Source of the DNA: a virus
Lineage: Duplodnaviria; Caudoviricetes
Direction: 5' to 3' (one strand)
Virus record (IMG/VR): IMGVR_UViG_3300037247_000086
Coordinates: 1-30,830 of that record
Length of the DNA stretch: 30,830 nt
Positions within the stretch are counted from its first letter, which is position 1. The number at the start of each line of letters is the position of its first letter. The position numbers and the translations under genes are program-made. The notes beneath the pieces were generated by a model. It saw only the letters and a list, made by a program, of their open reading frames with translations. It searched no databases and was not told where the DNA came from. Shown here piece by piece: positions 24,890 through 30,830 of the stretch.

Positions 24890-25014
24890 TTCCGCAAGCC
24901 CCTCACCCAAGGCAGGAACCTGTCCCTAATCAACGGACGCAGCTTTGGAACTGAATAGAAAGTAGCCAGACCTAATAGCCAGCCTAGAAATATTCCTGTT
25001 AGAAATTGTGTCAT
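24886..25014 (-). CDS. Small single-pass membrane peptide, 42 aa
   Basis: MTQFLTGIFLGWLLGLATFYSVPKLRPLIRDRFLPWVRGLRK; ATGA-coupled to the upstream gene. Confidence 0.5.
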   Translation of the reverse strand: MTQFLTGIFLGWLLGLATFYSVPKLRPLIRDRFLPWVRGLRK

Positions 25015-25274
25015 TGCGTTGTCCCTGTAAACGTTACCCCCGTTGTGTTGTCGGGCGAGAATGAGCCAGAAATAGCGGTGACATCACTGCACCAAGTATC
25101 CCATAGACCCGGCCAAGGCGTTGTTGGTGCTGGTGACGGATAGTACGGATATGGATTATACGGCGCTGCACCACGACCACAGTGAGGGCAATAGCCACAG
25201 TTTGGGCAGGAGTGTTTGCCGTTATGCTCGTCAGCCAACTTCTTTAATACTTCAAATAGTTCGTCATTAGTCAT
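25011..25274 (-). CDS. Hypothetical protein with CPNCGYCPHCG and a Pro/Tyr-rich tail, 87 aa
   Basis: GGAG RBS, ATGA coupling, double CxxC. Confidence 0.65.
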   Translation of the reverse strand: MTNDELFEVLKKLADEHNGKHSCPNCGYCPHCGRGAAPYNPYPYYPSPAPTTPWPGLWDTWCSDVTAISGSFSPDNTTGVTFTGTTQ

Positions 25275-25426
25275 GTCTGCTTAACTCCCAACTTAATGCC
25301 GCCGCCGAAGCCCGTTATTCCACCGTGATTGCCGTCAACTTGGGGCCTTGGGCCGGGGTCTGATGGGTCAATAAATCTGTGGTCTTTATCAATTAGGTAA
25401 TTTTTCTCAATGTATTCTATGCTCAT
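25271..25426 (-). CDS. Hypothetical protein, 51 aa
   Basis: MSIEYIEKNYLIDKDHRFIDPSDPGPRPQVDGNHGGITGFGGGIKLGVKQT; ATGA overlaps at both ends. Confidence 0.5.
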   Translation of the reverse strand: MSIEYIEKNYLIDKDHRFIDPSDPGPRPQVDGNHGGITGFGGGIKLGVKQT

Positions 25427-25593
25427 GATGCCTTCCATCCTTTAGCCTGCCAATCGTTAGGAAACCGCTTCAAGTGCCGAGCAACCTTGCGTATCTTGTT
25501 TCTCATCCGCACATTGCGGTCACGGTATATCTTACATATTGATCCGTTGCGGCCAATCTTTTTCTTGCCGCCAGAAGAGGTTTGTGATGTCAT
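25423..25593 (-). CDS. Small highly basic protein, 56 aa
   Basis: MTSQTSSGGKKKIGRNGSICKIYRDRNVRMRNKIRKVARHLKRFPNDWQAKGWKAS; fills the gap in the coupled gene chain. Confidence 0.6.
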   Translation of the reverse strand: MTSQTSSGGKKKIGRNGSICKIYRDRNVRMRNKIRKVARHLKRFPNDWQAKGWKAS

Positions 25594-25595
25594 TA

Positions 25596-25814
25596 TTACC
25601 AATTTCCCTGTAATGGAAATTCTTTATCATACATGGCTTCCGTTCTGCCAAATGGTTTAGTGGTGCGCCACTCAGTAGCCATAAATTCAGCCGGTTCCAT
25701 TTTTAGCCCAACTAATTCTTTAAAGCACTCATCACAAATGTAGCCATGATCTTCCGATAGGCGGCTACACATTATGTTGTTACATCCGCGTCGATCACAC
25801 TCTAAAACGCTCAT
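25596..25814 (-). CDS. Cys-rich putative zinc-binding protein, 72 aa
   Basis: CDRRGCNNIMC...YICDEC; AAGGAG RBS. Confidence 0.65.
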   Translation of the reverse strand: MSVLECDRRGCNNIMCSRLSEDHGYICDECFKELVGLKMEPAEFMATEWRTTKPFGRTEAMYDKEFPLQGNW

Positions 25815-25826
25815 CGCCTTTTCTCC

Positions 25827-26036
25827 TTAAACCCAATCCGCCTCGTCTTCATCATGCCATATGCTTCCGATTATATCGTATTCGTATGACCATGCCATTA
25901 GTGACTGGTATGCGTTGTAAACGGGCTTGTGAAGCCACTCAGGCCATGAATCAGGCATGACATTCAAAAGCATTGAGGTTACATGACCCGTCCAGTAGCA
26001 TATCCATGCTAGTGCTTGCTGTGAGTAGGTGCTCAT
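25827..26036 (-). CDS. Hypothetical Trp-rich protein, 69 aa
   Basis: ATGA-coupled ORF. Confidence 0.55.
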   Translation of the reverse strand: MSTYSQQALAWICYWTGHVTSMLLNVMPDSWPEWLHKPVYNAYQSLMAWSYEYDIIGSIWHDEDEADWV

Positions 26037-26326
26037 CCCCTTAATTTTCTCATTCGATTGTCGTAATCTGCTTTCTGTCTAGTTATGTCGTTTGGAAACA
26101 GGGCTTCGGATTCTTTGAATGCGGTGTGCATTTCTTCATCCGTGGGTTCCGGCTTAGGCTTAGGCATTAATATCCCTTCCGAGTGTCCAACCCCTACTAA
26201 CGCAAGCCCAGGGACCACCTCGTCCATGAGTCGCTTCTTGAATGCTTGGTAAATCTCTTCGATGCTTGGAGACTCGTCTGAGCCATATTGAATCAGTAGC
26301 CGCTTTTCCCACATATAGGTTTTCAT
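26033..26326 (-). CDS. Hypothetical protein, 97 aa
   Basis: ATGA-coupled; its C-terminal motif is shared with the upstream gene. Confidence 0.6.
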   Translation of the reverse strand: MKTYMWEKRLLIQYGSDESPSIEEIYQAFKKRLMDEVVPGLALVGVGHSEGILMPKPKPEPTDEEMHTAFKESEALFPNDITRQKADYDNRMRKLRG

Positions 26327-26493
26327 ATCCCCAATATCCTCTGATACTCAACGCACTGCTCCACGATGTCATCAGGGAACATGGCCTTGGATTTCTTAAA
26401 TGCAGCAGCACATTCTTGCTTCCTGTCGCCCTGCAGCCTCTCAACCCACGCAATCAAGCGCTCAAGGGATATTTTCAGCTTACCGGCGCTCAT
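26323..26493 (-). CDS. Hypothetical protein, 56 aa
   Basis: MSAGKLKISLERLIAWVERLQGDRKQECAAAFKKSKAMFPDDIVEQCVEYQRILGI; GGAG RBS; ATGA overlaps at both ends. Confidence 0.6.
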   Translation of the reverse strand: MSAGKLKISLERLIAWVERLQGDRKQECAAAFKKSKAMFPDDIVEQCVEYQRILGI

Positions 26494-26705
26494 GAGTACT
26501 CCCCCAAACTACCCCACGGAAGATATTTGAAGTCAGACTCAGTTTGTAAATCAGGATAGTTCTCTCTAATCCAAATCAACCCGTTCTCTGTATCTGTGCC
26601 TAAGCCTTCATCCCAACAAATACGCCACATCTGCACAAACTCACGGGCAATCTCTCTTGGTATGTACATCTGATTCAAATCCATGCCCATCGCCTTGTCA
26701 CTCAT
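26490..26705 (-). CDS. Hypothetical protein, 71 aa
   Basis: GAGG RBS, ATGA coupling. Confidence 0.6.
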   Translation of the reverse strand: MSDKAMGMDLNQMYIPREIAREFVQMWRICWDEGLGTDTENGLIWIRENYPDLQTESDFKYLPWGSLGEYS

Positions 26706-26893
26706 GCCAGCACCTCGCTCTCCGTGGGTATGGGGTTCTCATCAATGCCGGAAGATAGCGCTCGTGCAATTATAATACAGCCCTCTTTATTGCCTGCACA
26801 TAAAATCTTTCCTACAGATTTAATTCTAACGACATGACTGTATTCGCCGTTTAAATTGCCTGGTTTCTTTCTTACATAAAAAGGAGTCTTCAT
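26702..26893 (-). CDS. Hypothetical protein, 63 aa
   Basis: AAAAGGCGAAAGATT leader; ATGA-coupled to the downstream gene. Confidence 0.55.
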   Translation of the reverse strand: MKTPFYVRKKPGNLNGEYSHVVRIKSVGKILCAGNKEGCIIIARALSSGIDENPIPTESEVLA

Positions 26894-26907
26894 AATCTTT
26901 CGCCTTT

Positions 26908-27039
26908 TCAGTTGAAGTAGTTAACCACCCCCGCAAGCAAAACCAAAATTCCTGCACCCACAAGGGCTACTGATAGTGTACCAAATATCCAGCCACTTAA
27001 CCAATATGTAAGTGTAAATAATGACTTAATCGTTTCCAT
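26908..27039 (-). CDS. Small hydrophobic membrane peptide, 43 aa
   Basis: METIKSLFTLTYWLSGWIFGTLSVALVGAGILVLLAGVVNYFN; its GGAGG lies in the 3' arm of the upstream terminator. Confidence 0.45.
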   Translation of the reverse strand: METIKSLFTLTYWLSGWIFGTLSVALVGAGILVLLAGVVNYFN

Positions 27040-27042
27040 AAG

Positions 27043-27073
27043 AAAAACCTCCCCCACCGTTAAGCAGGGGAGT
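27043..27073 (-). terminator. Rho-independent terminator
   Basis: Minus strand reads CTCCCC-TGCTTAACGGTG-GGGGAG-G-TTTTT, about 10 nt after the stop of 27083..27952. Confidence 0.7.
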
Positions 27074-27082
27074 CTCCTTTAC

Positions 27083-27952
27083 TTACGCATTGCTGGATGG
27101 GCGAGCCTGGGTGAATCTGATTAAGTCAACACTCAGGGTCGTGGATACCGGTGTACCATCTTCAGCAGTTGCAGCGATGTACGGCACAAGTACCGCAGTC
27201 GTGGCAACAGCGGTTAGTTCGGTGAACAACAACACACCGTCGATGTAGTACATTGCATCACCTTTGGCATTCACAACTATCTTCAACATCTGATAGGTGT
27301 TTACCGTTGGTTTGCCTGTTGCAAGCAAGCAATCAAAAGCAGCAGCGGCGTGGGCGATTGTCCCGCCGTTCTCGCTGGTGCAATACCAGTTGGTGACGTT
27401 GGTCGCCTCAGAATCCTGACAGAAGCTCAGGGCATCATCAACCGTCAGTCCGTCATCGGCAATAACATCGGCCTTAACCGTATGGAGCACAGCTTCTGCT
27501 GAATCATCAGCTATCTTGTCACTCAAGCCAACACACAGGGTTGCCCCGGTAATGTGGGATGTAGACACCCGCGCCTCGAAAACTATCTCTCCAAGGCTTA
27601 CAAGTTGTCCGTGAGTCAATGTCAACGCACTCATGACGGTTGCATCAGCTACACCAGCAGTACCAGCAGTACCACTCACTAAATTAACCTTGCCTTCCGG
27701 TGCCAACACAATCGCAGCCGATGCCGCAGAAGTGCCACCACCATCAAATGAGAGCCATTGGTTTGCCCAACTATCATCAGCTACCGCCGATTGCTTGAAG
27801 TCATCAAACAGCACCATTGATTCCGATATATCTATAACGCCGGTATCAAGTGCCAGTGTATCGACCAAATCCAGCAGTGCTCGCTCGACGCGCTTGTTAA
27901 CGTGTATGTTCTGTACGACTAGCCTTAGTTCGGCTTTTGTTTCTCTGTCCAT
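27083..27952 (-). CDS. Beta-rich virion-like protein (possible lectin/ConA-like fold), 289 aa
   Basis: AAGGAG RBS and own terminator; Ala/Thr/Val/Gly-rich; LFDDF...IVFEARV...MYYIDG...LSVDLI pattern. Confidence 0.55.
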   Translation of the reverse strand: MDRETKAELRLVVQNIHVNKRVERALLDLVDTLALDTGVIDISESMVLFDDFKQSAVADDSWANQWLSFDGGGTSAASAAIVLAPEGKVNLVSGTAGTAGVADATVMSALTLTHGQLVSLGEIVFEARVSTSHITGATLCVGLSDKIADDSAEAVLHTVKADVIADDGLTVDDALSFCQDSEATNVTNWYCTSENGGTIAHAAAAFDCLLATGKPTVNTYQMLKIVVNAKGDAMYYIDGVLLFTELTAVATTAVLVPYIAATAEDGTPVSTTLSVDLIRFTQARPSSNA

Positions 27953-28130
27953 CTTTAAAACTCCTTGCCTACGTAGCCTGATTATTCGGCATGGTTATGA
28001 AATACGCCCCTAGGCGGAGCGATTAGCCCGGAAGTGGGCAAATTCTGTGTTGTTGTAACTTACTGATTCTTAACGTATCGTATATTACGTTATCTGAATG
28101 TGTGCCAGAAATCACGGGGATATACAAGAT

Positions 28131-28205
28131 TGGCAGGACGAGCTGGATTCGAACCAGCGATGACAGCAGTCAAAGTGCTGTGCCTTACCACTTGGCTACC
28201 GTCCT
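28131..28205 (-). tRNA. tRNA-Gln (anticodon UUG) with encoded CCA
   Basis: AGGACGG TA GCC AAGTGGTAA GGC A CAGCA CT-TTG-AC TGCTG TCATC GCTGG TTCGAAT CCAGC TCGTCCT G CCA folds into a complete cloverleaf. Confidence 0.95.
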
Positions 28206-28328
28206 ACTTCGCTTTAACGTGTATTCAATTCGCTTTGTCTCATTGGTGAGATTTCTGTCTGTTGTGGGTGTATCTTGTAATCAGACCTAACGTGATTAGG
28301 CTTATCCACTCAACAAGGCAGGTAGAAT

Positions 28329-28520
28329 ATGGCAGGCAGAACAATCTATGTTGACCAAGGAGATGTGATTAAAGTCCGTTTCGTTAATCGAAAGCATTAT
28401 CCTATGAACTCGAAAGGCTATTTTGACCAACCATTGCAATCATCCATGCTAATAAGATTGGGCGTGGAAGATATTAGCGTTGCTGATCATAGAGTGCGGC
28501 TTACCCCTTGGCTGTCATGA
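28329..28520 (+). CDS. Hypothetical protein, 63 aa (first gene of the inverted island)
   Basis: AAGGCAGGTAG upstream; ATGA-coupled to the next gene. Confidence 0.6.
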   Translation: MAGRTIYVDQGDVIKVRFVNRKHYPMNSKGYFDQPLQSSMLIRLGVEDISVADHRVRLTPWLS

Positions 28521-28678
28521 GCCTAATCCGCGCCATTGACCACGCTATAGATAACGGCTCGAAGCATGTGTGTCTATCGCCTAAGCAGTTCCGTTGGTTA
28601 TCACGTACTACACCATTGCTTAACCTTGACGGGACTTATTCTTATCGTTCTATTCTTATCACTATATGGAGTAAATGA
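28517..28678 (+). CDS. Hypothetical protein, 53 aa (below the track cutoff)
   Basis: MSLIRAIDHAIDNGSKHVCLSPKQFRWLSRTTPLLNLDGTYSYRSILITIWSK; ATGA overlaps at both ends. Confidence 0.55.
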   Translation: MSLIRAIDHAIDNGSKHVCLSPKQFRWLSRTTPLLNLDGTYSYRSILITIWSK

Positions 28679-28908
28679 GTATGTACGACGATTATCCAGA
28701 AGTTTATGACGATGGTGACTACAGCATGTTTGCTGACCCTAGCGGCAATAGCGCCCTGAGAGCGGCTAGTAGGCGTAACCCCCGAAACTTGCCTTGCCCT
28801 ACATGTGGCGAGCCAAACAGGCTCACGCCTAAAGATAAGGCGCTTGGTTACCAGTGTGATTCATGCGCCGATAAAGCTGAGGGTGGGTATGGCGAAGGCG
28901 AATACTAA
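28675..28908 (+). CDS. Small zinc-ribbon protein with acidic ends, 77 aa
   Basis: CPTC-x16-CDSC; GGAG upstream; followed by a plus-strand terminator. Confidence 0.7.
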   Translation: MSMYDDYPEVYDDGDYSMFADPSGNSALRAASRRNPRNLPCPTCGEPNRLTPKDKALGYQCDSCADKAEGGYGEGEY

Positions 28909-28939
28909 GCAAAACAAACACTCCTAGTCGCCACCTACC

Positions 28940-28971
28940 AGCCCCGCGCCTGAGAACCGTGGGGCTTTCTT
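28940..28971 (+). terminator. Rho-independent terminator for the plus-strand island
   Basis: AGCCCCGCG-N9-CGTGGGGCT-TTCTT; one G:U pair is valid only on the plus strand. Confidence 0.65.
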
Positions 28972-29467
28972 ATAGCCGCTCTTCCGCCTCAGCTATCCTA
29001 CGGTCAAGGTCAGCAATAGATTCCTTCAATTCAGCCGTGCTCTGTGGCTCCTGGCCTACCTCACCAACATGTAACTCCTTAACATCTCGCATGTCTGTGT
29101 AGTTCTTCGCAACGAACTGGCTGAACTGTGGATTGTAGTGTCCGTGCAGTGCGTTAACGACAAGAATGCTCTCTGCAATTGCCTTCGCGCGTGCAGTCGC
29201 TACCAAAAACTCAGGGTTCTGCCTAGCCCAATTAGCAATAGTATTCGTGCCTATTCCAATCTTTCTACAGAAGCCTGCGAGTGTTGGTAGGTCGTTTGGT
29301 GTTATACATTGATATTCGTTACCGGTCTTCTCGTTGAGCTTTGTTACTTCTTTATATGGCTGTACGTCGAAGTGTTTAAGCAGTTGTTCGCAGTATTCAG
29401 GCTTGTACTTGGTTGGTTGTCCCCCTGCTGGGGGTAACAGGTCTTTGGGGTCTTTCTTGGCTGTCAT
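28970..29467 (-). CDS. terS: Terminase small subunit, 165 aa
   Basis: GGQPTKYKPEYC start, HTH-like PTLAGFCRKIGIGTNTIANW...PEF, helical oligomerisation region and FVAKN motif; upstream of terL. Confidence 0.82.
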   Translation of the reverse strand: MTAKKDPKDLLPPAGGQPTKYKPEYCEQLLKHFDVQPYKEVTKLNEKTGNEYQCITPNDLPTLAGFCRKIGIGTNTIANWARQNPEFLVATARAKAIAESILVVNALHGHYNPQFSQFVAKNYTDMRDVKELHVGEVGQEPQSTAELKESIADLDRRIAEAEERL

Positions 29468-29664
29468 TGCGCTTTCTCAACGAGGTGGTATGTGCCGGGA
29501 TAGTTAATAAGCAGCGCCCTTATGTTCGGTCCAGCCTCTACGCGCTCGCCATCCTGAAACAACTCAAGTTCTGTACCGTCATTTGCAACCAAGTTCACAA
29601 ATCGCGGTGTTGGTGTGTTGAACATGAACGGTGGGTTTTTCACGTTAATTGTTTCTTTGCGCAT
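29464..29664 (-). CDS. Hypothetical protein, 66 aa
   Basis: AAGGAAGGAAG RBS; ATGA-coupled to terS. Confidence 0.6.
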   Translation of the reverse strand: MRKETINVKNPPFMFNTPTPRFVNLVANDGTELELFQDGERVEAGPNIRALLINYPGTYHLVEKAQ

Positions 29665-29726
29665 CTTCCTTCCTTATCCACGCTATCGGGCGTTATGCTA
29701 CCGATTTGCTGGTTAAGTCTATTGTA

Positions 29727-30053
29727 TCACGGCATCTGGATTGTTACGACAACGCCCGTATCAGATGTGGATACACCGTAAGTACCTTCACTCAAAATCG
29801 CTTCTTGAGGATTGGTAGCAGTTAACTGTACTGCCACTCCACTGCCATCGTAAACCGCAACCCACACTCCGGCTGTCAGCTTCCAAAGGGATACCGTCTT
29901 TGCTCCGGTCACGCCCGATGACGCAAGATGTGGAATTGTGTTATTCCAGAAATGGAACGAGCCAATAACAAAGGAAGAGTCTACAAGGTCTTCAACATTC
30001 GATGGATCGCTAATTGCCGAGTCGGCTGCTGCTACAACGGTTTCATCCCGCAT
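29727..30053 (-). CDS. Hypothetical beta-rich protein, 108 aa
   Basis: AAGGAG RBS inside the 3' end of the endonuclease gene. Confidence 0.6.
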   Translation of the reverse strand: MRDETVVAAADSAISDPSNVEDLVDSSFVIGSFHFWNNTIPHLASSGVTGAKTVSLWKLTAGVWVAVYDGSGVAVQLTATNPQEAILSEGTYGVSTSDTGVVVTIQMP

Positions 30054-30700
30054 GGGGTTGCTCCTTTCTTATAAAATAGGTCTGCGTGTTTAAAAAGTGC
30101 TGACCTTATTGGTTCAGCTTCGGTTGCAGCTACGCTGCGTATGTAATCTGATTTGCCCTTCTTGTACGCTGTCTCGGCCTTTTCTGGTGTATCAAAAACA
30201 CCTAAATGTTTCCATTTGCCGAAGCAGCTTATATGTGCTCTAAACTTGTTGGTCTCTTTAATAAGATACACTCCTCTAGGCCAGTCTCCGCGTGCCGCCC
30301 GTCTGTCGTTAAGCAGAATATTCATTGCCCTGGTTACAAAATAACATGTGCTCGGTGAGTAAACTTTGTTGCCAGGAACCAGAATGTCTTTATCTAATTC
30401 TTTGCCCTGCCAATCCTGTTGCTGCATCCATGCCCTGAAGACACTGAATGTATGCCACTCTTTAACAACTGAGCAACCAATATATGTTGGGTGTCTTTTG
30501 TGCTCGTCTACTCTATAGCACCTATCAAGCATCCCCGTCCATGCTGAATAATACGGACACATCAATATGCCCCCATTGACCCTTGGGGCAACAAGATAAT
30601 CGGCATCATTAATACCCACACCATGAACGGGCTTCCGCTTGACAATTGATGCCTTATTAACTGGAAATGTTCTAAATTCTGTTACACTTGCTGTACTCAT
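30032..30700 (-). CDS. Free-standing HNH-like homing endonuclease with a C-terminal AP2-like DNA-binding domain (~222 aa)
   Basis: WTGMLDRCY...YIGCSV..EWH.FS.F...LDKDIL..GNKVYSP.TC.FV...N, then PRGV...KFRAHI...KHLG.FDTPE.A..AY. ATG 30700 has AAGGAG upstream; the track start at 30757 has no such RBS. Confidence 0.8.
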   Translation of the reverse strand: MSTASVTEFRTFPVNKASIVKRKPVHGVGINDADYLVAPRVNGGILMCPYYSAWTGMLDRCYRVDEHKRHPTYIGCSVVKEWHTFSVFRAWMQQQDWQGKELDKDILVPGNKVYSPSTCYFVTRAMNILLNDRRAARGDWPRGVYLIKETNKFRAHISCFGKWKHLGVFDTPEKAETAYKKGKSDYIRSVAATEAEPIRSALFKHADLFYKKGATPCGMKPL

Positions 30701-30732
30701 TTCGATAGTCTCCTTATCGTTGTGACAGGTGG

Positions 30733-30768
30733 CGGGATGTTCGTTCATCCCGTTCACCGATTATATCA
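30733..30768 (-). promoter_or_regulatory. Extended -10 promoter (TG-A-TATAAT) followed by a leader hairpin
   Basis: Minus strand TGATATAAT at 30768-30760; CGGGATG-N6-CATCCCG inverted repeat at 30733-30752, upstream of the endonuclease RBS. No good -35. Confidence 0.55.
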
Positions 30769-30830
30769 TTTTATTGCTTTAGGTTTTATCCCAATCGCAA
30801 GCTGATATGCCGTATCCACTGCCCCAACAC

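Noticed and set aside
26160-26453. 97-aa minus-strand ORF in the track
   Set aside because: It overlaps two better ORFs (26323..26493 and 26033..26326) that are ATGA-coupled and share a motif.
24886-27039. Holin or lysis cassette assignment for the two small membrane peptides
   Set aside because: No endolysin or spanin is recognisable nearby, and hydrophobicity alone is insufficient.
28071-28092. TAACGTA-N8-TACGTTA inverted repeat between the tRNA and the 289-aa gene
   Set aside because: Only 7 bp, AT-rich and single copy; not distinguishable from chance.
28131-28205. tRNA as a prophage attachment site or boundary
   Set aside because: Phage genes continue on both sides, and there is no integrase or duplicated tRNA 3' end in the window.

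Overview
This window is the packaging and virion-morphogenesis arm of a short-tailed (podovirus-like) dsDNA phage or prophage, encoded almost entirely on the minus strand. Read right to left: an HNH/AP2-type endonuclease, small terminase, an inverted three-gene island, tRNA-Gln(UUG), a beta-rich virion-like protein, about 12 mostly translationally coupled small genes, large terminase, six small accessory genes, a structured non-coding gap, portal, scaffold, N4-gp56-family major capsid, decoration-like and hypothetical proteins, adaptor, an enlarged nozzle/stabilisation protein with beta-propeller repeats, four candidate ejection proteins with an embedded GNAT acetyltransferase, and a giant polyvalent protein. 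That last gene (>1956 aa) runs off the left edge and is missing from the ORF track. It carries two ADP-ribosyltransferase-like domains, a HEXXH metallopeptidase and an LPD38-like region. The most unusual observation is a tandem pair of small twin-arginine-signal proteins between terL and portal. Their mature parts look like patchworks of short segments of major capsid, terminase Walker A and portal, so they may be decoys for phage-sensing immunity (inference). All family assignments come from motif recognition and synteny by eye; no database search was run.
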